Source: an uncultured Chloroflexia bacterium (GTDB lineage: Bacteria > Chloroflexota > Chloroflexia > QHBQ01 > JADMIH01). From it: 64,000 nucleotides of DNA. The position numbers and the translations under genes are program-made. Where the stretch lies: positions 1,120,001-1,184,000 of the forward strand of contig CAWCNY010000002.1 of NCBI GenBank assembly GCA_963797095.1, read 5' to 3'. Positions 28,180-37,323 of this stretch are shown here, one piece after another. The number at the start of each line of letters is the position of its first letter. Position 1 is the first letter of the stretch. Under the pieces are notes generated by a model. It made no database searches and was not told where the DNA came from. It saw only the letters and a list, made by a program, of their open reading frames with translations.

Positions 28180-28948
28180 TCGCGGCAGTTCGAGAAAAGG
28201 CGTGCGCCTGGTCGCCTATAACATGGGGCAGGGCTGGTCCCGTAACCCCGCCCTGTGGGCCCGCCTCTTACAAAGCCTGAAGCCCGACCTCTTCTTCGCA
28301 CAAGAGTCCCGCGACCCGGCGCGTTCGTGGCTGGCGGCCTTCCAGGACAGCGAAAGCTCCGTGCTCTGGGCGAAAATATCTGGTCGTCGCTGGGGAAGCG
28401 GCCTCTGGTTGAGCGATGGGCGCATGACGCCGCTGGCGGTGCCCGAAGAATATACGGGGCGCGTGGTGGCGGCCCTCATAGAGGGCCGAGAGTGGCCGGG
28501 AGTGGGCATCGCACCCGTAGCGGCGCTCAGCATCCACGCGCCCGCGCCCAGGGGCAGCACCTACAGAAAAGAAGTTGGGCGCATCCTGGACCTGGCGGGC
28601 GAACTCGCATCAGGCCGCCACTTGTTCCTGGCGGGCGATTTCAACGTGGTAGTGGGGATGCGCCGTCCTGAGCAGCGCCCCTCGGTCAGTCGCGGCGAGC
28701 AGGCGCTACTTGAGCGGTTGCGCGATGAGTTCGACCTGATTCCATGCTGGCAGATGGCCCACCCCGGCGAGCCGCTGGCCCGCACCCTCCGCTGGATGCG
28801 TCGGAGCGACTCGCTGCCCTATCACTGCGATGGCATCTTCGTGCCCGCCGCATGGGCACCCGCACTCCAGAGTTGTGAGGTGCTGGAGGACGAGGAGTGG
28901 TGCGCCCTCAGCGACCACAATCCGGTGGTGGCGACCTTTGCCCCCTAG
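28172..28948 (+). CDS. Endonuclease/exonuclease/phosphatase (EEP) family protein
   Basis: 'AYN', 'FAQE', 'LAGDFN', 'HCDGIF', 'SDHNPV'; start overlaps the MoaD stop. Confidence 0.88.
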   Translation: MDSRGSSRKGVRLVAYNMGQGWSRNPALWARLLQSLKPDLFFAQESRDPARSWLAAFQDSESSVLWAKISGRRWGSGLWLSDGRMTPLAVPEEYTGRVVAALIEGREWPGVGIAPVAALSIHAPAPRGSTYRKEVGRILDLAGELASGRHLFLAGDFNVVVGMRRPEQRPSVSRGEQALLERLRDEFDLIPCWQMAHPGEPLARTLRWMRRSDSLPYHCDGIFVPAAWAPALQSCEVLEDEEWCALSDHNPVVATFAP

Positions 28949-29504
28949 CCTGCTGTTGGGGATATCTCGCGGCCAGCTTCCTTACCGTGGTGACATTCCG
29001 CATCGTCATCGGAGCGCCAGTTACCTTCTCCAGCATCGCGCCGGATATCTTTGAATCGCTGATCCTGGTGCGGCATAGCCAGTATAGCTCCCGCCCATAA
29101 ACGTGAAACTCGTCCGTAGGTGTGCCCAGCGCCTCGATCTTATCGCGTGCCTCGGCAGATAGCTCGGACGGCAGGAACGCGACATAGAGCGTGACTCCAT
29201 CTACATCTTCACCAGGGAAAGGCTCGTACTCCGCGACCTGCCCTATATCAATTGTTGAGCGGATCAAGGTGGCAACCTCGTATCCAAGCTCTGCTTTGAG
29301 ATGTCGCTCGATCTTCTTCTCAAGCGCGCCCGCATCTACCTCCGGCGACGAAAAGATCACATTACCACTCGCGATGAAAGTCTCCACATCTTCAAACCCA
29401 ATCTGCTCAAAGAGCTTGCCTAACTCGCCCATCTTGACCGTGTGCCCGCCCACATTGATGGCGCGCAACAGCGCGATATACCGTGTTGGTGCAGTAGATT
29501 TCAC
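28908..29504 (-). CDS. DUF1697 family protein
   Basis: 'YIALLRAINVGGH.VKM...V.TFIASGNVIF...TMRNVTTV'; GTG start overlaps the antiporter TGA. Confidence 0.9.
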   Translation of the reverse strand: MKSTAPTRYIALLRAINVGGHTVKMGELGKLFEQIGFEDVETFIASGNVIFSSPEVDAGALEKKIERHLKAELGYEVATLIRSTIDIGQVAEYEPFPGEDVDGVTLYVAFLPSELSAEARDKIEALGTPTDEFHVYGRELYWLCRTRISDSKISGAMLEKVTGAPMTMRNVTTVRKLAARYPQQQARGQRSPPPDCGR

Positions 29505-31120
29505 GCGTCCATCCTCAATTCTTCCAGGTCCAGGTCTCGTTCGAGCAACCGCCACACCTCGTCGTCGATTTCTCCACGCTCTCGCAGGTCCAACACAGCG
29601 GCACGTTCGGCATCCAGCACTGCCCTCTTGATCAAGTGATGCTCAAGAAGCTCCTGGTTCACTTCCTCCTCACTGGATGGGTCTCCAGGGTGATTTCCGT
29701 TATTCCCTTCCCCATTTCTGCTGATATAGTGGCTGGCGCGGTGCTCGTATTGCGCCTTCAGGGTGTCGATCAGCGGAATATGTGTGGGCCACTCGTCTCT
29801 CAAATGCTCGACACGTGATAGGGCTGCCTCGGTCGCTATCCTTCTCGCGTGCTGTTCCTGTTGTGCGATAGCATCGTGATCGGACCCAAGGCCCAGCGCG
29901 CGTACCAGCAACGGGAGCGAGAGTCCCTGTCCGACGAGCGTTGCCAGGATCACGAAGAACGTCAAGAAGATCAGCACATTTCGCTCCGGCGTCGTTTGGG
30001 GCAGGGCAAGGGCAGCCGCAAGCGATATGACCCCGCGCATACCGGCCCAACTCACGACGAATGTTTCCTTCCAGGTTGGAGGCTTTCCGGTTCGTCGCAA
30101 CTGGTGGCCCGAACGAGTAGGCTGCTTGATACGCGCTAACTGCTTCTGACTGTATGTCTCTGCAAAAACCCAGGCCATTCGTACCAGAATAATGCCTGCA
30201 CTCAGCACAAACCCGAGGCCAATGAGAGACCCTATAGAACGCCCGATAAGCGTCGGGAGAATAGTCGATAGTTGCAGCCCGATCAGAATGAAGACCAGCC
30301 CATTCAAGATGAAATCGACCATATCCCACACGGCGCGGCTTCTCAGGCGCGCCTCAGGCCGCCAGATGTACGGCGACCGCCATCCCAGGTAGAGGCCGGC
30401 CGCCACGGTAGCCAGCACTCCTGACACCCCAAGAGCTTCCGCCGAGAGGTAAGTTGCAAACGGGGTGAGTAGCGAAAGAGTGATTTCGACAGGTGGGTCG
30501 TTGAATTGGCGGAGCAGCCAGGCCGCCAGCACCGCCAGCACAAGCCCGATAGCAACACCGCCAAGGCCGACAATGACCACGCGCAAGGCGGCTTCATCCG
30601 GCGAGAAAGCAACCGCCACCGCTCCTAGCGCCGCCCGGTAGGCGACCAGGGCCGTACCGTCGTTGATCAGGCTTTCACCTTCTAGGAGGGTCACTATTTT
30701 GCGGGGTACGCCCAGGCCACGGAACACGGCGGCTGCGGCCACTGCGTCTGGGGGAGACACAATTGCCCCGAAGGCGAATGCTGCGGGCCAACCCAGTTCG
30801 GGCATCATGGTCCCAAGTATCACCGCCACCACGACGGTAGTTGCCAGCACCAGCCCCACCGATAGAGACAGAATCGGCCGGAGCAATACCCTGAAGTCTC
30901 GGACCGATGTTGTAAAGGCGGCTCTGAACACAAGCGGCGGCAGGAAGACGAGGAATACCAGATCAGGATCGAGCGGGAAATCGGGCACGATCGGGATCAA
31001 AGTCAGTACCAGCCCGCCGATTACCAGCAGGATAGGGTATGGTATATGCAATTTCCTCGCGATAGGGGTGAGCGCCGCCACCACCACCAGCAACAGGAGC
31101 ACCAGTTCGACTTCGTTCAT
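29501..31120 (-). CDS. CPA1 Na+/H+ antiporter (NhaP/YjcE type)
   Basis: 'FLPPL', 'IVSPPDAVAA', 'LEGESLINDGTALV', 'WAGMRGVISLAAAL'. Confidence 0.95.
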   Translation of the reverse strand: MNEVELVLLLLVVVAALTPIARKLHIPYPILLVIGGLVLTLIPIVPDFPLDPDLVFLVFLPPLVFRAAFTTSVRDFRVLLRPILSLSVGLVLATTVVVAVILGTMMPELGWPAAFAFGAIVSPPDAVAAAAVFRGLGVPRKIVTLLEGESLINDGTALVAYRAALGAVAVAFSPDEAALRVVIVGLGGVAIGLVLAVLAAWLLRQFNDPPVEITLSLLTPFATYLSAEALGVSGVLATVAAGLYLGWRSPYIWRPEARLRSRAVWDMVDFILNGLVFILIGLQLSTILPTLIGRSIGSLIGLGFVLSAGIILVRMAWVFAETYSQKQLARIKQPTRSGHQLRRTGKPPTWKETFVVSWAGMRGVISLAAALALPQTTPERNVLIFLTFFVILATLVGQGLSLPLLVRALGLGSDHDAIAQQEQHARRIATEAALSRVEHLRDEWPTHIPLIDTLKAQYEHRASHYISRNGEGNNGNHPGDPSSEEEVNQELLEHHLIKRAVLDAERAAVLDLRERGEIDDEVWRLLERDLDLEELRMDA

Positions 31121-31123
31121 AGA

Positions 31124-31888
31124 TTACTGCACCGCGTCCAATTCAACTTCGATCTGCTGGTAGTACATAGAGGTTGGTCCCTCGAAGCCCGAGTCGGTGC
31201 CCACCAGCAACCACAAATCACCGCTTGCGCTGCTCTCGACCGGGAACTCGCTAGTATGCTCCTTCGTTACCGATGCATACGTTGCCGCTTCACCCTGCGT
31301 CTGATCGCACGGCAGGCCATTGCCAATATCGCCAACCACCGCCCCGGCTGGCCCGCCTGTGGTCTGCTCCCCCTTATCAACATTCATCTTGTACAGTCCA
31401 TTTTGCTCCACTGCCATCGGCTCGATGTCGCTGGCCCCGGTCTTGAGTGTTACCCCTTCGCCCGGTGCGCCACCGATCCCCAGGCAGCCGCTTGGAGCAT
31501 CTGACGCAAACACGATCTTGAACGTCAGTTGGTAGGTTGTGTTCGGTTGCACACCTTCAGCCGTGCCTAGCTCGCGTTTCAAGAACATATACAGGTCGTC
31601 TGAGTGGTTATTGCCTGTGATATAGAAGCCGGTTCCCGCAGGCTCGATCCCGGCGGGCAGTGCGCGGATGCCCGAATCCAGCTCGTAACCCTGCTCTGAG
31701 CCGGGCGGATAGTCCGCGAAACCCGCTCCCCAGCCCTGTGCGCCATCGCGGAAGTCAAAGCTCACTTTGAGTGGCGTGGGCGTACCTGTAGGGGTTGGCG
31801 TGGCGGTATCTCCGCAGGCGACCAGTAGCGGAATAATGAGCACCCCTATCCCTACCGCCCCACAGAATCTGGCGGTCCTCCCGTACAT
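31124..31888 (-). CDS. Uncharacterized lipoprotein (in frame with the upstream ferritin-like ORF)
   Basis: Own RBS GGAGGGAG, ATG 31888, lipobox 'LLVAC', then a beta-rich domain. Confidence 0.7.
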   Translation of the reverse strand: MYGRTARFCGAVGIGVLIIPLLVACGDTATPTPTGTPTPLKVSFDFRDGAQGWGAGFADYPPGSEQGYELDSGIRALPAGIEPAGTGFYITGNNHSDDLYMFLKRELGTAEGVQPNTTYQLTFKIVFASDAPSGCLGIGGAPGEGVTLKTGASDIEPMAVEQNGLYKMNVDKGEQTTGGPAGAVVGDIGNGLPCDQTQGEAATYASVTKEHTSEFPVESSASGDLWLLVGTDSGFEGPTSMYYQQIEVELDAVQ

Positions 31889-32248
31889 CCGATTTCTCCC
31901 TCCTCGATTCGTGCCCCCTACGAGTTCGGACACGCTGTCCTCATCTTCCTCGGCTTCCTCGCCATGCTCGACTATATCGCCGTCTTTGAAGAGGATATCT
32001 TGCATTGCCACCCGCCACCTCGGCTTGTTGCGTAGCAAGTACTCCAGGTCCATCCCGAAGTGCTTGAACTCCTCCTGTTGGGCGTTCTTCATGATTGCGC
32101 GAGCTACGCTATCCTTTTCCAGTGATATCCTCTGCTCGTACCAACCTATTGCTTCGGCCTCTTCGATCAGTGAGGTAATCATGCGTGCAAAAGTGCGTAC
32201 CTTCTCCGATAGCTCATTGGCAGGCTCGTGATACTGCTCTGTTCCCAT
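31889..32248 (-). CDS. Encapsulin-type short ferritin-like protein, with no stop before the lipoprotein
   Basis: 'YHEPANELSEKVR...SLIEEAEAIGWYEQRI...EEFKHFGMDLEYL' matches the EncFtn-like ferroxidase pattern. Confidence 0.8.
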
Positions 32249-32311
32249 CGCATCCTTCCTCCTGTTGTCTTTCGCATCCCTATTTTACAGATGGAATGGA
32301 AAATCGACCTC

Positions 32312-33232
32312 CTACCGCTCAAGCAAAGATCGATCCCAACCTGCCAGGTTTGCACCCGCCTCGTACGTACTTTGGAGGAAATTAAGCAGGGTCTCTCTGG
32401 GATCTTCAGCTTTGCGCACTATATCATAAGACAAAATGAATTCTCCCAACTCGGTGTCGAAGTACGCTCCTTCGGGTCTGACCTGCGCATCTGCAAGACC
32501 CTTCGGCACGGGTGCTGTGTAGGCATAATAAGCAGGTTGAAGCACGCTCCCGCTTCCGGGCCAGAAGCCCGCGCTGCTGCATTCGTGCGAGTATGCTTCG
32601 CGTTGCACATGATCCAATTCCGGTCGTTCGGGCGCTCGACGGCCCGAGAAACGTGTCACAGCCAGGTCGAAACTGCCCCAAAAGAAGTGTACCGGGCTGC
32701 ACTTTCCAAGAAATCGTCCCCGAAACTCTTTGAATATGCTATCCGTTTGAACGAGGATGCGCCACAGTCTGTTCGCATACTCTTCATTATATGAGGCATG
32801 CACATCGTCTACATCGCACGAGATGGGGTTCGGAACCTCCTGCGGTTTCGTATATATCCTTACTTCCATACCAAGCGAGCGCAGCATGGACATCAGTTCC
32901 TGATAGAAATCGGCGACCGAACGTGCATACAACCCCATATATCTCGTCTTGCCGTCGCTGGTGATGACCGCAAGCTTGTGGTCTATAAAGTCGAACACTA
33001 TCTCAAATGTCGTATTACCATAAGGGATCGGTGACGTAGTAAGCCCCCTGGAAGTCACATAGAGGGTCACCTGCCACCAATGGTTCAACATCGGGCTGAG
33101 GGTCAACCTGATCTTGCCTGCGATCTGCGTCCACATGTGGAGCGTTTCGTATGTCTCTCGCCATTCTTCATACGGCAGGCTCGGCCATACCGTGGCTCGG
33201 TCTATCTCCTTGATTGTATCTATGTAGTTCAC
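32312..33232 (-). CDS. DUF5996 family protein
   Basis: 'TLHMWTQIAGK', 'NHWWQVTLYV', 'GKCSPVHFFWGSFDLAVTRFSGR', 'GFWPG'. Confidence 0.88.
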   Translation of the reverse strand: MNYIDTIKEIDRATVWPSLPYEEWRETYETLHMWTQIAGKIRLTLSPMLNHWWQVTLYVTSRGLTTSPIPYGNTTFEIVFDFIDHKLAVITSDGKTRYMGLYARSVADFYQELMSMLRSLGMEVRIYTKPQEVPNPISCDVDDVHASYNEEYANRLWRILVQTDSIFKEFRGRFLGKCSPVHFFWGSFDLAVTRFSGRRAPERPELDHVQREAYSHECSSAGFWPGSGSVLQPAYYAYTAPVPKGLADAQVRPEGAYFDTELGEFILSYDIVRKAEDPRETLLNFLQSTYEAGANLAGWDRSLLER

Positions 33233-33312
33233 GAAACCATGCCTCGATTCTAGTCTGTACGCGTTCTATACCGGTGCTCTTTGATGAAAAGGAAATCCAG
33301 ACTGGAAGATTG

Positions 33313-33359
33313 CCAACCGGAGCGCGGCCTCTTGAAAGAGTTGTCCGCGCTCCGGTTGG
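33313..33359. terminator. Stable hairpin after the hydrolase gene
   Basis: 15-bp perfect inverted repeat CCAACCGGAGCGCGG / CCGCGCTCCGGTTGG. Confidence 0.65.
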
Positions 33360-33390
33360 TATAGGGTGTGGCTCTTGTGCCGTCTTCGTC

Positions 33391-34230
33391 CTATCCTGCG
33401 GTTTGGGCTATCGCAGGCTGGTCACTCACCATTTCGTTCTGAATCTGATCCAGCCAGTCCGCGATGTAGTCAGCCACTTCTTTCCAGCCCTTTCCGGCGG
33501 TGATGAGGTGAGAGCGGCCTTCAAACTCCTTGAAGTCGGTGCGCGCCGCTTTATTGTGCTGGTAATGCTTGTAGGTAGCTTCAGTCACGTGAGCCGGTAC
33601 CAGGTGGTCCTTTTCACCCGTGATCAGGAGCAAGGGTGCGCGATCGGGATTGTTGAAGTTTACGTAGAGAGCCTTGTGCGGGTCCAACGCCGCGAAGGCG
33701 GCCTGGAAGAAGATGCGCCCGGTCTCAGGCACAACATACCTCTCGTAGTAATACTTCTGCTCCTCTTCGGGGAATGTGTTGGTAAAGGCGTACTGGAATT
33801 CGGGGAAAGTCATCCGCACCACATGATCCCAGTTCATCCACCCGAATAACACCTTCGCGTTAGCTTTCAGCACGTTCCAGTCCACTGCCAGCACCCCCTC
33901 AGGCGCGACCGGATCGATGCCGACCCCTGCGCTCCCCATCCCACGATCCAGCAACTGCTGGACGATCAAACCGCCGAAGGAGTGCCCTATCAAGATCGGA
34001 GGCTCAGGCAATTCGCGGATGATCGCCTCGTAATGGTCTACCAACTCTTTGACGCCTACCTCGGCTAGTTCTGCCGGTGGGTTGGCCCTCAACTCCTCTA
34101 TAGGTTTGTCTCTCAGGGGCCACTCCGGCGAGATAAAGGTGTAGCCCTTTTTCCCGAAGTACTCGGTGTAGTTCTCCCATGACAGCGAGGTCAGCCATGC
34201 CCCGTGAATGAACACAATATTCTTAGTCAC
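33391..34230 (-). CDS. Alpha/beta hydrolase
   Basis: 'FIHGAW', 'GHSFGG', 'GEKDHLVP', 'RSH'. Confidence 0.92.
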   Translation of the reverse strand: MTKNIVFIHGAWLTSLSWENYTEYFGKKGYTFISPEWPLRDKPIEELRANPPAELAEVGVKELVDHYEAIIRELPEPPILIGHSFGGLIVQQLLDRGMGSAGVGIDPVAPEGVLAVDWNVLKANAKVLFGWMNWDHVVRMTFPEFQYAFTNTFPEEEQKYYYERYVVPETGRIFFQAAFAALDPHKALYVNFNNPDRAPLLLITGEKDHLVPAHVTEATYKHYQHNKAARTDFKEFEGRSHLITAGKGWKEVADYIADWLDQIQNEMVSDQPAIAQTAG

Positions 34231-34417
34231 CGCTTTTACTCCTTTTTGTTGTTATTTCATACTTCGCTAAGTTGGTTATACATAGGGTGTGCCCTACGCC
34301 TGTGTATTGTCCTGAGCCGGCTGCCCAAGCTGTCCTCTGAGCCTGATTGCGAGCGCCACATCTGCCCCTCTTTCAGCGGGCGCTCGCGCCGTTGTCGCTC
34401 CTATGCTCGTGGTTGTT

Positions 34418-34984
34418 TCATGCCCTCGCATTGTTCAGATCTTGCTGTGCTGCCATCATCCCGCGCAAACGGAATGCCAGCACTACCAGCACGATGCCAA
34501 ACACTATCGCATAAGAGGCGAGCAGCCATATCAGGCTCAGTATGCCGGCGCCGGGGAATATCACCAGCAGCAGGCCGAACAGTATTGAAGCTATGCCGCT
34601 CAGCACCAGCAGCCACTCGTTCTTTATCACTTGCCGCATCTCTATGGCTGCCAGTATCTCAAACACTCCGGTGACCAGTCCCCAGGCTGCTATCAGATAG
34701 AGAAGAGCCAGCTCGGTCACGTCGGGCCACAGGAAGGTGAGAACGCCGAATATCACGCCTGCGGCACCTTCAAGTATTAAGTACCAGCGTGGGGTACCTC
34801 CGGTATTCCCCATGATGGCAGATCCCAGCGCGAACACTCCATCCACCAGCACATAAGCTCCGAAGAAGAGCACCAGCACGGCAACAGTCTCGCCCGGCCA
34901 TATGAATGCCAGCACGCCGAATATGATTGCCAACACGCCACGCAATGCTACCAACCACCAGTTACGTTGCAGTGAAGCTAACAC
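34418..34984 (-). CDS. HdeD/DUF308 membrane protein
   Basis: 'NWWLVALRGVLAIIFG..A..WP' with six TM helices; RBS AAAGGAGG. Confidence 0.9.
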   Translation of the reverse strand: MLASLQRNWWLVALRGVLAIIFGVLAFIWPGETVAVLVLFFGAYVLVDGVFALGSAIMGNTGGTPRWYLILEGAAGVIFGVLTFLWPDVTELALLYLIAAWGLVTGVFEILAAIEMRQVIKNEWLLVLSGIASILFGLLLVIFPGAGILSLIWLLASYAIVFGIVLVVLAFRLRGMMAAQQDLNNARA

Positions 34985-35086
34985 AAGATACCTCCTTTCT
35001 AATTGAGCACATTCGAAGTTAACTACAGGCTAAACAGTGGCCGCAGGCATGTGAGGGGTATAACAAACCTGCGGCCAACATGGATA

Positions 35087-36046
35087 TCATGGGCGGGTCG
35101 CGAATCCCTCGCGCAGCCAGGAAATAGCCAGGGCCATCGCGCCGCGAGCCGCTGCGGTGTTCGCCAGCGCATTCAGCATGACGAAGTCGTGGATGATTCC
35201 CTCGAACCGGGCAGCAGTCACACAAACCCCGGCCTCTCTGAGCTTGCTTGCGTAGGCTTCGCCCTCGTCGCGCAGCACATCCGCCTCACCCGTTATCACG
35301 AGCGCCGTGGGAAGCCCTTTCAATTGCTCAATGCTGGCCCGCAAGGGTGAGGCGGTGATCTCGTTGCGCTCGCCGGGGTCGGTAGTATACTGGTCCCAGA
35401 ACCACATCATCCCGTCGCGACGCAGGAAGTACCCTTCGGCGAATTGGTGATATGACTCTGTATCGAAGTTGGCGTCGGTCACAGGATAAAAAAGGAGTTG
35501 GCGCTGGATGACCGGCTCCCCGCGCTCTTTGGCAAGCAAGGTGACCGCTGCCGCCATGTTGCCTCCTACACTGTCCCCAGCCACCACCAGGCGCTCAGGG
35601 TCCAACCCATATTCGACCCCTTGCCCGCTGGCCCACTTCGCCACCGCGTAACATTCCTCGATGGCGGTGGGGTACTTGGCTTCGGGGGAAAGGCTGTAAT
35701 TCGGGAACACCACTGCTGCCTCGGCTCCAACCGCCAATTCCCTAATAAGGCGGTTGTGAGTATGCTTGTTGCCGAACACCCATCCTGCACCGTGAATATG
35801 CACTATAACTGGAAGTATTGCCGGGGCGTTCTGCGGCCGCATAATGCGAACCGACACCTTCCAGCTCGGGCCGCCTTCTACGACGGTATCCTCGATATCA
35901 ACCGGCAACTCATCCACCGGGCCCGACTGCACCTCATCAACTGCGGCGCGCCCCTTTTCGGGACCAAGATCGAACAAAAATGGTGGATTGGCGGTTGCTT
36001 CAGCGAATGCCATGGCCTCGGGTTCTAGTTGGATTTTTGTTGTCAT
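35087..36046 (-). CDS. HSL-family esterase/lipase
   Basis: 'HGAGWV', 'GDSVGG', 'EADVLRDEG', 'IHDF'. Confidence 0.93.
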   Translation of the reverse strand: MTTKIQLEPEAMAFAEATANPPFLFDLGPEKGRAAVDEVQSGPVDELPVDIEDTVVEGGPSWKVSVRIMRPQNAPAILPVIVHIHGAGWVFGNKHTHNRLIRELAVGAEAAVVFPNYSLSPEAKYPTAIEECYAVAKWASGQGVEYGLDPERLVVAGDSVGGNMAAAVTLLAKERGEPVIQRQLLFYPVTDANFDTESYHQFAEGYFLRRDGMMWFWDQYTTDPGERNEITASPLRASIEQLKGLPTALVITGEADVLRDEGEAYASKLREAGVCVTAARFEGIIHDFVMLNALANTAAARGAMALAISWLREGFATRP

Positions 36047-36062
36047 TTCTCTGCCTCGCCAT

Positions 36063-36152
36063 CTAGTAGTCTGTCAAGCGGCATTTGGTAGGTGCGTTAC
36101 GACTGAGCTGCCGTTGCTGGTACCTATCAGATTAGGCTTGACAGACTAGTAG
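36063..36152. mobile_element. Putative MITE of about 90 bp
   Basis: 17-bp terminal inverted repeats with one mismatch, CTAGTAGTCTGTCAAGC / GCTTGACAGACTAGTAG; no ORF inside. Confidence 0.6.
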
Positions 36153-36757
36153 TCTTATTTGAGTGGTCTTTTCTTATTGCCGCGGGCGTCATGGCATTTA
36201 CCGCCTATGCTCATCTTGAAAAACAGATTACCGAAGGGGTAGTTTTACCCATTGTGTACTTCTCCTGGTTGCGAAAAGGCCCCAAATGGGAGAGCATCCC
36301 ATTCCCTCGTAAAACAACACTCATATCGATCTTATGTCGATACCATGTATCCTTACCTTGTATCCTTACCTTAGCGGGCGTTATCGCTTCTGTCGTGAGA
36401 AATTCCACTCATTTCGGGGTTCGGCAGCAGTCCCATGCGCAAGGCGTGCAGCGCGGCCTCTGTCCTGGAAGACACCCCTAACTTATCGAAAATATGGTAA
36501 AGGTGGTTTTCAACAGTCCTTATGCTTATCTCTATCTTTGCACATTTCAAAGTGACTCCTTTGTGTCGTTAGTGACTCGCTCTTAGCTTCTCTGCGGCTA
36601 ACAGGGCCAATGTAAGCTGGCCGTATTTGCGAGAACCTCTGTACGGCTTCAGTGGGAAGCCAGATAAAGGTTCGATTGCAAAAGCCCCTTGCTTTAGCTA
36701 TGGGGTAGCTTACTGGTTCCCTCCTCAATCTGACAGATCTATTTCTCTCTCGCCTCG

Positions 36758-37138
36758 TCAACCGGGACAATACCTTCGCAGCAGGCGGCTGACGTGCGCC
36801 GGGTGGTACTGCACTCCAAACTCTTGCTTCAGAACTGCTGCCACCCGCGTTGTAGTCCACCTGTCGCCCTGAAAACCGAAAGCTTCGGCACCACAGGCGA
36901 GTATCTCCGCAATCTGGCTGAACTGCGCGCTTGCCAGCGCCGGGCGTTTGCTGGAGGCGGGGTAATGTCGCAACGCCTCCATGTTTCCGCCTTCGCGAGC
37001 GCGCCTGAGCCACTGGCAGACTGCTCCCTGCGTCACTCCCAACTGGGCTGCAATCCGGCGCTGCGACCAGCCCAGCCTGTGAAGTTCCCAGGCCCGCAGT
37101 CTGCGCGTTTCCAACCTATCAAGCGTTTGAGTGGTCAT
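36758..37138 (-). CDS. IS630 OrfA-like double helix-turn-helix protein lacking a DDE domain
   Basis: 'RRLRAWEL...WSQ..IA..LGVT.GAV.QW...GF.GDRWT..RVA....EFGVQYHPAHVSRLL'; no downstream DDE frame seen. Confidence 0.75.
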   Translation of the reverse strand: MTTQTLDRLETRRLRAWELHRLGWSQRRIAAQLGVTQGAVCQWLRRAREGGNMEALRHYPASSKRPALASAQFSQIAEILACGAEAFGFQGDRWTTTRVAAVLKQEFGVQYHPAHVSRLLRRYCPG

Positions 37139-37323
37139 TGCTCCCGGCATTAAGCCATGCTCCATCCTGGAATTGCCGATTAGCAATCAATGTAGCCATC
37201 AAGCCATCATCGGAAGTATAATGGCCCCAAATAGACAAGTCAGTCGACATCAGGTGCCATGTTAGATCCCATAGGTTCCCAATGTTGCGCTTCAGGGAAT
37301 CAGGTAGATGGCCAGGAGCGTAC

